A stretch of DNA of 64,000 bases. Source: Candidatus Latescibacterota bacterium (GTDB lineage: Bacteria; Latescibacterota; UBA2968). The first letter of the stretch is position 1. Every line of letters begins with the position of its first letter. The notes below the pieces were generated by a model. That model saw only the letters and a list, made by a program, of their open reading frames with translations, was not told the DNA's origin and ran no database searches. The position numbers were made by a program, and so were the translations under genes. Location: NCBI GenBank assembly GCA_965222605.1, contig OZ244960.1, positions 2,784,001 to 2,848,000 of the forward strand. The letters run 5' to 3'. Below are positions 1-8,670 of the stretch, in pieces.

Positions 1-1406
1 AGGGTGACTTGTGGCTGGTTACTCGTCAGGCGCAAATAGGCCACGGAGAGCGGTTTGATATCTAAACGGACAGATGGTGTCTCAGGTGAGATTGAAAATT
101 CCCTGGGTGATGTTGCGTTTTGCAAAAAGGGCGGGGTGTAGTTGAGTGTCTTATTGAGGCCCGTTCCGTTCAAGAACAGGCGAGATAGATGGCGGTCAAA
201 TATGGGGTGAAAGGGTTCGCCAGTTGCCTGTTCGACATTGCCGATGCCGATATTGGCGGTTTGCACCAGCCGAGACAGGACATCGTCACCAAAGTCTTCC
301 ATGAGGCTACGGGCAAAGAGATAGGCTGCTCCGCGAATCCCAGTGCTAAAGACCGCAGGTCCCGTCAGAGAATAATGATGCGGCTCGTCGCGGTATCGGC
401 TGATCAGATTGCGGTTGCCACCCTGTGTATGCCGTCCGATCAAATCTTCGCAAACATGGGACATGGCCTCGTTGAGCCAGGATTCTTCGCAGCGGCCGTT
501 TCGCAAGAGTACATGTTGATTACAACTGATGAGGTGTTGAAATTCATGCGCCAGCAAGGATTGGTAATACGCTGAACTCGATATGGTGGGGCTAAGATAC
601 ATTAAGTCGGCCATGTTGCCATTGCCCCCTCGATTTTGAGGCAGTACCGAACGGATGGTGTAAAAACCCGCAATCCCACTGACATTGTGATACGGATATT
701 CTCCACCCGACTGGATGGCGTGAACATCAGCGGAACCGCTACCCGCATTGTCAACTCGCGAGGTGTAGAGGAAGTGGACTTTGCCATCGTTATCTACATC
801 GGATTCCTCGCCAAAGATAGATGTGGCAATGGGATACGCCTCTGTGCTAAAGTGGTCGAGGTGTGCCTGGATACGCGCGGTGTGCAGTTTGCCGGTATCG
901 GCGATGTCGAGATACCCATGGGCATGGGCGCTGGTCGCAACAAGGGTCGCTGTGATGGTGGTGTCGTCTTCTGGCTTGCCAAAACTGAAGACGTACTGGC
1001 GGGTGCTGCCAATCTGTTGCTGAACCGCTGCCTTGGCAGCCACGGGCTGATATCCTCCGGTTTGTTGCAGACGGCGCGCAATAGCGCAGTCTGCTTGCCG
1101 AAGCTGATATTCCAGTCGGTCGCGCTCCGTGGGCATTGCCCGGTGTGTGGGTCTGTCTGCGTAAAATACCGGGGGTTTGGACGCGCCAAATGCACCCGTG
1201 ACAACAAAGTTAAAGGTGCGGTTATAATCGGTTTCATCCGTTTTGAACGAATAGAGGATGAGTTCGTAGTCGTGCGTGGAAAAATCGAGGGTGAGCACGG
1301 TTGGTCTGTTCGAGACATCAACTGCGAAAGGCACACCACTTTCCTGGGCAAAGAGCGACTGCGAGATAATGAAGAACAATGTGAAAAAACATATCAAGCG
1401 GTTCAT
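1..1406 (-). CDS. Secreted zinc metalloprotease, HEXXH type (peptidase M30/hyicolysin-like); 3' end lies beyond the window
   Basis: Translated by hand because it is absent from the ORF track (no stop in window). ATG at 1406 with GGAGGAA RBS; signal peptide MNRLICFFTLFFIISQSLFA; FGEESDVDNDGKVHFLY; LAHEFQHLI followed by EESWLNEAMSH; frame open to base 1. Confidence 0.85.
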   Translation of the reverse strand, partial: MNRLICFFTLFFIISQSLFAQESGVPFAVDVSNRPTVLTLDFSTHDYELILYSFKTDETDYNRTFNFVVTGAFGASKPPVFYADRPTHRAMPTERDRLEYQLRQADCAIARRLQQTGGYQPVAAKAAVQQQIGSTRQYVFSFGKPEDDTTITATLVATSAHAHGYLDIADTGKLHTARIQAHLDHFSTEAYPIATSIFGEESDVDNDGKVHFLYTSRVDNAGSGSADVHAIQSGGEYPYHNVSGIAGFYTIRSVLPQNRGGNGNMADLMYLSPTISSSAYYQSLLAHEFQHLISCNQHVLLRNGRCEESWLNEAMSHVCEDLIGRHTQGGNRNLISRYRDEPHHYSLTGPAVFSTGIRGAAYLFARSLMEDFGDDVLSRLVQTANIGIGNVEQATGEPFHPIFDRHLSRLFLNGTGLNKTLNYTPPFLQNATSPREFSISPETPSVRLDIKPLSVAYLRLTSNQPQVT

Positions 1407-1513
1407 GGTCTTCCTCCGTTCACTGCGCCCTCGTTCTCTGCGTGGGGCGTGCGCGGTTCTATCTCCTCAACTCCGGTCAGGTGCCCGGTATTCACCATCG
1501 AACTGTCCCGGGT

Positions 1514-1755
1514 TTACGAACCGAACGCTTTCACAAACAGAAAAAAATCGGCGGAATCCACCGTTCCGCTGCCGTCGAGGTCAAAGCACGCGTCAGTACC
1601 GCCATACGCATCCACAAACAGAAAAAAATCGGCGAAATCGGTTCGCCCCGTCGCCGTTGAAATCGGTGGATACTGCAGGGCGAGGTGACCCGCCGCTGCG
1701 GGTCTATGTCGTCTGCGTCAACGTCGCCATCGCCATCAAAGTCAACCCGCAGCAC
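1514..1755 (-). pseudogene. Frameshifted dockerin/EF-hand-like repeat fragment
   Basis: Spread over three frames: VDFDGDGDVDADD / PAVSTDFNGDG / RTDFADFFLFVDAYGGTDACFDLDGSGTVDSADFFLFVKAFGS*. A 22-bp direct repeat at 1532-1553 and 1613-1634 (81 nt apart) encodes the two ADFFLFV units. Confidence 0.7.
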
Positions 1756-1866
1756 GGGGTAACTCCAGTCCCAGGCAGTTGTCGCTTTAGGGATGCGAAA
1801 AACACGCTATCGTGATCCCGTCAAGGTTCACTTTCAACATTTAGCCACAGCGGCAGCAGCCATAAA

Positions 1867-1934
1867 AACGACCGAGTGAAAACCCGCATCCATTATTTCT
1901 TGAATCAGAGTACGAACTTCCTGCCCGGGCAGAT
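1867..1934 (-). repeat. 68-bp remnant of a FlgD/T9SS C-terminal-domain coding sequence (paralog of 3186-3253)
   Basis: 60/68 identical to 3186-3253 by manual alignment; encodes LPGQEVRTLIQEIMDAGFHSVV versus LLGQEVRTLVQETMDAGFHSVV. Confidence 0.85.
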
Positions 1935-2122
1935 ATTTGGTTTATCAACTATTTTTTTCGGTGGTGGTTAGGCAAACAGGAATTTCTTTAAAACTGTTCA
2001 CACTATTGTTATGTGCATCTCTTTGCAAAAAACTACTTGCAGAAATATATGGACGCTATCTACATTGAAGTTCGTTGCTTTTTGAAAGCAAACTCCCATT
2101 ACACACAACGTGAGAAAGACCC

Positions 2123-2341
2123 ATGCAGATTCCGACACCACAAGACAAGTTCGCAGAATTTGACGCTCGCTTGTCTCGGATCGAGGGCATTGTTGAGCAA
2201 ATTGACAAGCGTTTGTCCAGTCTTGAAACGCGCATGGCAAATCTTGAGATTGGTCAGCGTTGGATTGTGGGGTTGCTCTTTACACTTCTCATTGCCAATG
2301 TCGGCGCGACCATCACAATCGTTTTAACACTTTCCAAATAA
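2123..2341 (+). CDS. Small coiled-coil protein with C-terminal TM helix (XhlA/DUF1640-like)
   Basis: Heptad pattern RLSRIEGIVEQIDKRLSSLETRMANLE followed by hydrophobic WIVGLLFTLLIANVGATITIVLTL. Confidence 0.65.
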   Translation: MQIPTPQDKFAEFDARLSRIEGIVEQIDKRLSSLETRMANLEIGQRWIVGLLFTLLIANVGATITIVLTLSK

Positions 2342-2997
2342 GTGGGTTTGAACCAGCACACGCCGACCCCTGTCTGCCGCAGGCAGGCTTTTGCAGCCGC
2401 ACTTTCGGCAAGCGTCACCCACTTAATGCCAAGCGTAAACTCCCGACCCGTAACATCCGCGACAGTAGAAAACTCGGCGCGCCCTATAAAACCAGACTCC
2501 GGCAAAGTAACAGGCGCAGTACCTGCAAAATATACAACCATCGGCTCTGTAATATCTGTAATAGCAAACAGAAACGCACTATTCTCGACCTTATCAAGCT
2601 TTAATTCTTCAGCTTTAAAATCAAATTCGATATTCACACCAATCAGCGGCGTAGTCACCCCCCTGGCGAAAACCTCAACCGCTATTTTCGTGCCCTGTCC
2701 AGAAACTGTGCCCGACGTGACGCCATCATCTATCTGATTGCCTGCCCCGCCATCGCCAATCAAATCAATCGACACCGTCGCATTTGAATTGGGACCAGCG
2801 GCAATTTTTGTGCTTCGACCGGATATCTTATCCGACGCAAAGCCGGTACCTATATCACCCCAGAATCCGCCATCGATTTTTAAGGTATTTGAGGGTCTAT
2901 CGGTAGCATTGAGGTCGGCGGCAACGTATAAGCCCCCTAAAATCAGCACTGTTAGCACACCCATCCATAACCCGGATTGCAAATAGTAACGCCTCAT
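2254..2997 (-). CDS. Secreted cohesin-like domain protein, probably truncated near 2390
   Basis: AGGAGG RBS; N-terminal hydrophobic segment; beta-rich IAVEVFARGVTTPLIGVNIEFDFKAEELKL...GFIGRAEF. After LAESAAAK the frame reads through a palindrome and into the antisense of the 2123 gene. Confidence 0.6.
   Translation of the reverse strand: MRRYYLQSGLWMGVLTVLILGGLYVAADLNATDRPSNTLKIDGGFWGDIGTGFASDKISGRSTKIAAGPNSNATVSIDLIGDGGAGNQIDDGVTSGTVSGQGTKIAVEVFARGVTTPLIGVNIEFDFKAEELKLDKVENSAFLFAITDITEPMVVYFAGTAPVTLPESGFIGRAEFSTVADVTGREFTLGIKWVTLAESAAAKACLRQTGVGVCWFKPTYLESVKTIVMVAPTLAMRSVKSNPTIQR
2369..2387. repeat. 19-bp near-palindrome CCTGTCTGC-C-GCAGGCAGG
   Basis: 9-bp arms with one G-T mismatch; resembles the short CCTGCCTGCCGGCAGGCAGG-type palindromic elements. 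Confidence 0.6.
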
Positions 2998-3077
2998 ATC
3001 TCCTCCTTATGGAAAACAATCATTTGCGTAGGTGTCCCCGTATTTACACCCGTACAGGCAGCGTAGCCCTTTCGCCA

Positions 3078-3884
3078 TTACTTCAACAACATCATGCGCT
3101 GAACTTGAGAAAAATCGCCCACACTCATGCGATAAACATAAATACCACTGGCTACTTGCTTGCCAAATTCATCTGTGCCATCCCAAACGACCGAATGAAA
3201 ACCCGCATCCATTGTTTCTTGAACTAATGTCCGAACTTCCTGCCCGAGCAGATTGTAGATCACCAATTGGACATCACCCGCTTCGGGCAACCGATATTCA
3301 ATTGTCGTGGAAGGGTTAAAAGGATTCGGGACATTTTGTCCAAGGGCGTAATCTCTGGGCATGGGCTTGAGGGCACCAATTTCAATATTGGTGATCGCAT
3401 CAATCCCACCAGCCAAATCAACCATCACACCGTCGAGAATTTGAAAATCAGAGGCAAGCGGTGTATGTGTGGTCTTAAACGTAAACTCAACCAAACTACC
3501 GTCGCCGCTGACCGCCTGACCATCAACCTTCATGGCACCAACAGCCACTTGCCCTGGCGTCTTGTTAGACGCGAGAAAAAGCGCGGGTTGCCCGCTGTTC
3601 ACATCGAGCAGATTTTGATCGACCTGACGTGCTTCGACAAATTCATACTTGGATTGATCGTACTGTAGCACAAAGCCATAACCCTTTAATTTCTGCGCGT
3701 GATTGATAGCGATCTGCAACTTCAAAACGCCATCTTCGGCAACAATATTTTGCGCGCGTTTCAGCACCAGACTTGCCAGGCTATTCTCGCCACCCGTAAA
3801 TTCTATACCCTGTGTCAGAGGTCCAGCAATGGCCGAGCCAACCAGCCCCAGCCCTAAACATGTGGCAATAATCAAACGTTTCAT
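3078..3884 (-). CDS. Secreted protein with cohesin-like domain and FlgD-Ig/T9SS type A C-terminal sorting domain
   Basis: Signal peptide; LKGYGFVLQYDQSKYEF...GDGSLVEFTFK (cohesin-like); YALGQNVPNPFNPSTTIEYRLP...VIYNLLGQEVRTLV...WDG...ASGIYVYRM...RMMLLK. Confidence 0.88.
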   Translation of the reverse strand: MKRLIIATCLGLGLVGSAIAGPLTQGIEFTGGENSLASLVLKRAQNIVAEDGVLKLQIAINHAQKLKGYGFVLQYDQSKYEFVEARQVDQNLLDVNSGQPALFLASNKTPGQVAVGAMKVDGQAVSGDGSLVEFTFKTTHTPLASDFQILDGVMVDLAGGIDAITNIEIGALKPMPRDYALGQNVPNPFNPSTTIEYRLPEAGDVQLVIYNLLGQEVRTLVQETMDAGFHSVVWDGTDEFGKQVASGIYVYRMSVGDFSQVQRMMLLK

Positions 3885-4219
3885 GATGCTTCCTCCTGTT
3901 GAAAAATGTTCTACGACTTACCCACTGATGTGACACTATCATCTATATCAAAAGAGCGATATATCATACCATTGCTATAAATATGAGAGAAACAAGATAA
4001 GAGAGGCAAGTCGTAAGGTTTGTCCTGCTGTTCAGAATTTGTCCCAGTTTCCTTTTTTTGGGCTATATGGCTGGATTATCCCCCTACTTTACTTTCTAAG
4101 CCTTGTTAAAAATCGATAAGGACGTAAATCCACACTGATAGGCAATTTCTGAATTTGGAGATCATAAAGCGATTGAGTATCTTAAATAATTTCTATCGAA
4201 TCTATTCACAGGAGGTTAT

Positions 4220-5812
4220 ATGATTGATCTATTGGGCTTTATCGGTATAATAGGGATATTTTTGACGTGCGCCGGAACCGTCTGGGCAGAAGGAAACTAC
4301 AGCAAGCTGGTATATCCGGGATCTGACGGGCGACTGGTCTATGTACCGGATGAAAAGGGCAATATAATTCCAGACTTTTCGCACTGCGGCTACATGGGTG
4401 GTGGCGTGGCACTGCCAGATGTGCCGGTCGTGCTGACCGTTCGACCACAAACCGAAGGAGACGACACAGCGCGATTGCAAGCGGCAATTGATGACGTATC
4501 TGCGCGCGCACGGGACGCCAATGGATTTCGCGGGACCTTGTTATTCCAACGCGGAAAATATCGAATTGGCGAAACCCTGCAGATTCGGGCAAGTGGCATT
4601 GTACTGCGCGGTGAAGGCGCGGGTGAAAATGGCACAGTATTGATCGCAACGGGAAAAGGACAGCGCACATTAATCGAGTTTAAAGGCCGGGGGCGCAGAC
4701 CGCGAGAAATAGAAAACACGCGACAGGCAATAGCGGATGATTATGTTCCAGTGGGAACAAAAACATTCACCATAGCAGATGCTTCGAATTTTGCATTAGG
4801 CGATGACATCATCGTACATCGGCCCAGCACGGCAAAGTGGATTGCAACCATAGGGATGGACCGCATTGAAATGACACATCCCGGAGTCCAGCAATGGAAA
4901 CCTGGCTCCTACGACTTTCACTTTGACCGCACCATAACCACCATAAATGGCAATCGGATAACAATCGACGCGCCAATAGGCAATGCAATTGAACGCGAAT
5001 ACGGCGGCGGATCGATTTACAAATACGAATATCCCGGGCGAATTGAACAGGTCGGCATCGAGAATTTGCACGGCGTATCGGAATTTGACAACCGCGAAAA
5101 AGATCCTCGGCGAAAAGGCGAATTTGTCGATGAAGATCACGCATGGAATTTTGTCGTATTTTCCCAAGTAAAAAATGCATGGGCGCGCAACATAACCTCA
5201 GTTCATTTTGGTTATGCGTGTGTCACAATTGGCAACCAGGCAAAATGGATGACCGTACAGGATAGTCAGTGTCTCGATCCCGTATCAAAAATCATCGGAT
5301 CGCGGCGCTACTCCTTTCCCATCCACGGGCAATTGTCACTCGTGCAACGGTGTTATACCCGGCGAGGGCGTCACGATTATGTGCTACACGCCCGCGTACC
5401 GGGACCAAATGCGTTTGTAGATTGCACAGCGGACATCGCGCACTCCGACACCGGACCCCATCACCGCTGGTCTGTTTGCACCCTATTTGACAACGTAATC
5501 GTAAACGGCAACGCCATCAACGTACAGGATCGGCAAAGCTCGGGCACCGGCCACGGTTGGGCGGGAGCGCAAAAAGTATTGTGGAATTGCGAAGCAGAGA
5601 GTTATATCTTGCAAAAACCCCCAACATCGCAAAATTACGCCATTGGCTGCATCGGCGAGAAACGAGACGGGCGGCACAGACGCGAGGATGGATATTGGGA
5701 ATCGCACGGGCAAAAGGTACATCCGCGCAGTTTGTATTTGAAACAACTCGAAGACCGCCTGGGCATAGAAGCCGTAAAAGCTATAGGAGCACAACTCGGA
5801 GAGGAAAATTAA
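4220..5812 (+). CDS. Secreted pectin-lyase-fold (right-handed beta-helix) carbohydrate-active enzyme
   Basis: AGGAGG RBS; signal peptide; IPDFSHCGYMGGG, DDTARLQAAID, GKYRI...IVLRGEG are typical of the Pectate_lyase_3-type N-terminus. Confidence 0.8.
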   Translation: MIDLLGFIGIIGIFLTCAGTVWAEGNYSKLVYPGSDGRLVYVPDEKGNIIPDFSHCGYMGGGVALPDVPVVLTVRPQTEGDDTARLQAAIDDVSARARDANGFRGTLLFQRGKYRIGETLQIRASGIVLRGEGAGENGTVLIATGKGQRTLIEFKGRGRRPREIENTRQAIADDYVPVGTKTFTIADASNFALGDDIIVHRPSTAKWIATIGMDRIEMTHPGVQQWKPGSYDFHFDRTITTINGNRITIDAPIGNAIEREYGGGSIYKYEYPGRIEQVGIENLHGVSEFDNREKDPRRKGEFVDEDHAWNFVVFSQVKNAWARNITSVHFGYACVTIGNQAKWMTVQDSQCLDPVSKIIGSRRYSFPIHGQLSLVQRCYTRRGRHDYVLHARVPGPNAFVDCTADIAHSDTGPHHRWSVCTLFDNVIVNGNAINVQDRQSSGTGHGWAGAQKVLWNCEAESYILQKPPTSQNYAIGCIGEKRDGRHRREDGYWESHGQKVHPRSLYLKQLEDRLGIEAVKAIGAQLGEEN

Positions 5813-6553
5813 ATGGCAAAACGCAAACGACGCCCGCAAGCGGGACCGGAATTCATGCGGCGCACACAGTTCAAAAATTTGGGTCCAACCGGGCAGGCGC
5901 GCAGAGAACCACCGCCCATGCCCGAATTGCATTACCGGGGCGAAACAGTAGATCTGCCCGATCCCGCGCATATCAAAACAACGGAAATCGATCTGCGTCG
6001 CGCGATAGATGAGCGCAAAAGCGAGCGGGTATTCTTCGACGAACCCATCACATTGGATGCGCTGACCTACTTACTCTGGGCAACGCAGGGCGTGAAGGAA
6101 TTTGAGCAAGGCGAAACATTTCGCACCGTGCCATCGGCGGGTGCGCGTCACGCATTTGAAACCTATATCATAGCAAATAACGTGGAAGGCCTGGATCGCG
6201 GGTTATATCGGTACCTGGCTATGGGACACAAGCTGGGAATAATCGATCAGTCAGAAGAAATTGGCGACAGAATTGCCAATACCACCCTGCAACCAGAACT
6301 GATCCAGACTAGTGCTGCCACATTGATCTGGACAGCGGTAGCTGCGCGAATGACCTGGCGCTACGGCGACCGGGGGTATCGCTACATTCACCTCGATGCC
6401 GGTCATGTGGGGCAGAACCTGTATCTGGGCACCATGGCGGTAAATTGCCGCGCATGCACCAGTGCCGCATTTAACGACGACGAATTAAATCGGGCACTCA
6501 AACTCGACGGCGTCAAACATTTTGCCGTGTATTTTGGCTCGGTAGGAAAATAG
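5813..6553 (+). CDS. SagB/ThcOx-family nitroreductase-like dehydrogenase
   Basis: RKSER, RTVPSAGARHAFETY, YGDRGYRYIHLDAGHVGQNLYL. Confidence 0.9.
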   Translation: MAKRKRRPQAGPEFMRRTQFKNLGPTGQARREPPPMPELHYRGETVDLPDPAHIKTTEIDLRRAIDERKSERVFFDEPITLDALTYLLWATQGVKEFEQGETFRTVPSAGARHAFETYIIANNVEGLDRGLYRYLAMGHKLGIIDQSEEIGDRIANTTLQPELIQTSAATLIWTAVAARMTWRYGDRGYRYIHLDAGHVGQNLYLGTMAVNCRACTSAAFNDDELNRALKLDGVKHFAVYFGSVGK

Positions 6554-6569
6554 ATAAGAGGATAACGCC

Positions 6570-7739
6570 ATGAAAATTGAAGCAATTGACTTTCTGATCC
6601 TGAAAAGCGAACCCGTAACACCGGAATGGCGGCCATTGCGCACCATGCGGGAATATCCCAACGCGCACAAAGTGCGATTTGGACACCAGCTCTTCAAAGG
6701 CGAGGGGATTCGCCTGAAGAAACAGCCAGCTTACCTCACCCTGCTTCGCATCCGCACAGATACAAACCTGGAAACCTGCGGTATTTTTTCTACCGGCTGG
6801 GCACGGGAAGATCTCGAATGGACAGCGCGCACATTCAAAGTTCAATGGGAACCGGAAATTTTAGGCACGAACGCGCTGGACCGGGAGTACATGTGGCACA
6901 AAATGTGGATGGCGCGGCGATATTTTCACATGGCATCCACCGCGCCGCTTGTCCTCATAGACTCGCTCCTGTGGGACCTGGCGGGCCTTCACGCACAACT
7001 ACCCGTCCACAAATTGCTCGGCGGATTTCGAAATCGCGTCCCTGCGTACCTCACCGAAACCGGCATACCTTACGAAGACACCCTGAAATCCGCCCAACGC
7101 GCCATTGACGAGGGCTTCAAGGGCTTCAAAGACCACTCCATGCTGGGCGTGGAAACCAATCTCGCGCTCGCAAAAGACATCCGCGACCTCGTCGGCGACG
7201 AAATGGTGCTCATGCACGATCCAGTACAACAATACTCCGTCGAAGATGCGATCGTAGTCGGACGCCGTCTCGGAGAACTGAATTATCTCTGGATCGAAGA
7301 ACCCCTACAGGAATTCGACATCAACGGTCTAAAGCGGCTGTCGGACGCGATTGATCTTCCAGTAATGGCATTGGAATCCATCCAGGGCAATCCCTATCTC
7401 GCCGCGCCATACCTGGCAAACGGCGCCATCGACATCGTGCGCCAAACAGGACTGGGAATCACGGGACAGATGAAATTGGCCAACCTGGCGGAGATGTTTG
7501 GGCTAAACTGCCACGGGGGAAATCCCCATGTCGTGGCCGCAATCCGAAACGACGATTGGTGGGAAGTCTCCGCCTGGCCCCCCACGGGCGCAGACAGATC
7601 CATATCCTCGGCCTTTGCCGGCTTAATTGAAGAAACGACCGAAGTCAGAGACGGCTACATGTACGTACCGCAAACGCCAGGTCTCGGACGAAAAATCGAT
7701 AGGGAACGAATCGAAGCGCAGACCGTGATCGAGATTTAA
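6570..7739 (+). CDS. Mandelate racemase/muconate lactonizing enzyme family protein
   Basis: LWDLAG...LLGGFRNRVPAY, GFKGFKDH, LMHDP, WIEEP, ALES, VPQTPGLG. Confidence 0.9.
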   Translation: MKIEAIDFLILKSEPVTPEWRPLRTMREYPNAHKVRFGHQLFKGEGIRLKKQPAYLTLLRIRTDTNLETCGIFSTGWAREDLEWTARTFKVQWEPEILGTNALDREYMWHKMWMARRYFHMASTAPLVLIDSLLWDLAGLHAQLPVHKLLGGFRNRVPAYLTETGIPYEDTLKSAQRAIDEGFKGFKDHSMLGVETNLALAKDIRDLVGDEMVLMHDPVQQYSVEDAIVVGRRLGELNYLWIEEPLQEFDINGLKRLSDAIDLPVMALESIQGNPYLAAPYLANGAIDIVRQTGLGITGQMKLANLAEMFGLNCHGGNPHVVAAIRNDDWWEVSAWPPTGADRSISSAFAGLIEETTEVRDGYMYVPQTPGLGRKIDRERIEAQTVIEI

Positions 7740-7896
7740 AAAAAAAAGGAGTCCGGAATTCGCCTGGTATCCGGACCTGATTCGCGGGATTGCACAGATC
7801 AATGGGATGCTATTCAAAGTTATCAAAGAGGTAGCTATCCCAGATTTGGAAATTCCAAAGAAAAGATAGAACAGCAGCTATAGGCTTTCCAGTCCC

Positions 7897-8655
7897 TTAC
7901 CCCAACCACCGCTTTCGGGGGAACCGGGCGTATATATACTGGTTGTCGTAAGTATTATCCTGCGCGTAAGACGAATGCCCGCCCAGCAATTCACACGCAT
8001 ATCTCTCGATCTCTTCATCTACCAGATCAACACCCAGCCCTGGCCCTTCGGGAATCGCGATATAACTATCGACCACCTCTGGTTGCGGTGCCATCACCTC
8101 ATACCGCGCCTGAACATCGCCTGTTCGATGCTCCCAGATCAAGAAATTTGGCAGAGTCGCACACAGATGTAGAGACGCGATCTCCCCCACCGGACCCAGC
8201 GATCCATCGTGCGGCGCAAACTGGATATAGTGTGGCCATACCCGCGAGCTTCTTCATCTGAGCCAAACCGCCGAAACGTCCAGCATCCGGCTGAATAACA
8301 TCCACGATCTCGCGTTCAATAAGCTCGCGAGCACCGTAGATATAGGCGAGCCGTTCCCCTTAAACGCTTTCCCCTTGATATCCCACAGCGCCATCTCAAT
8401 CGCCGAAATAGCACCCGCGCCCACAATGCCCGACATCCCGTGGGTTTGCAAAAACATCTTGCTCCACAACCGCTCGATATTAAAGGGATCCTCACCGATA
8501 ATTACGCTCGCCTTGTGGTGAATCTCCGTCTGAATACTCGGCCACCCAGACGCCTCTCCCACGCCATAGATCCCCTCATCCGTAAAAATTCTGCAAAACA
8601 AAAAATTCCTGCCATCCTGCCCAGCGGTATAGGTCTTGACATCCGTGATTTTCAT
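7897..8655 (-). pseudogene. Disrupted mandelate racemase/galactonate dehydratase-like enzyme (internal deletion plus frameshift)
   Basis: The N-domain ...IEMALWDIKGKAF joins out of frame to GERL...DVIQPDAGRFGG near 8360, so the barrel KxK/D/E region is missing. A second shift near 8233 leads to HYIQFAPHDGSLGPVGEIASLHL...PEGPGLG. Confidence 0.85.
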
Positions 8656-8670
8656 TCTTTCACTCCGCGA

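Noticed and set aside
1532-1634. CRISPR mini-array (22-bp direct repeat)
   Set aside because: Only two copies, 27 codons apart; explained by the protein repeat; no cas genes.
189-1815. Plus-strand ORFs 189-575, 636-1688 and 1276-1815
   Set aside because: Antisense to the metalloprotease and dockerin fragment, which carry the recognisable motifs and RBS.
2342-2370. tRNA fragment (GGTTCAAACCC on the minus strand)
   Set aside because: The T-stem does not pair fully and no acceptor, D or anticodon arms can be formed.
1867-3253. Diversity-generating retroelement TR/VR pair
   Set aside because: Mismatches are not adenine-specific and several are synonymous; there is no reverse transcriptase in the window.
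5813-6553. Azole-RiPP biosynthetic cluster
   Set aside because: Stand-alone SagB-type nitroreductase; no YcaO, E1-like protein or Cys/Ser/Thr-rich precursor nearby.
7740-7869. Start-less 40-codon frame after the enolase gene
   Set aside because: No start or RBS and no recognisable family.
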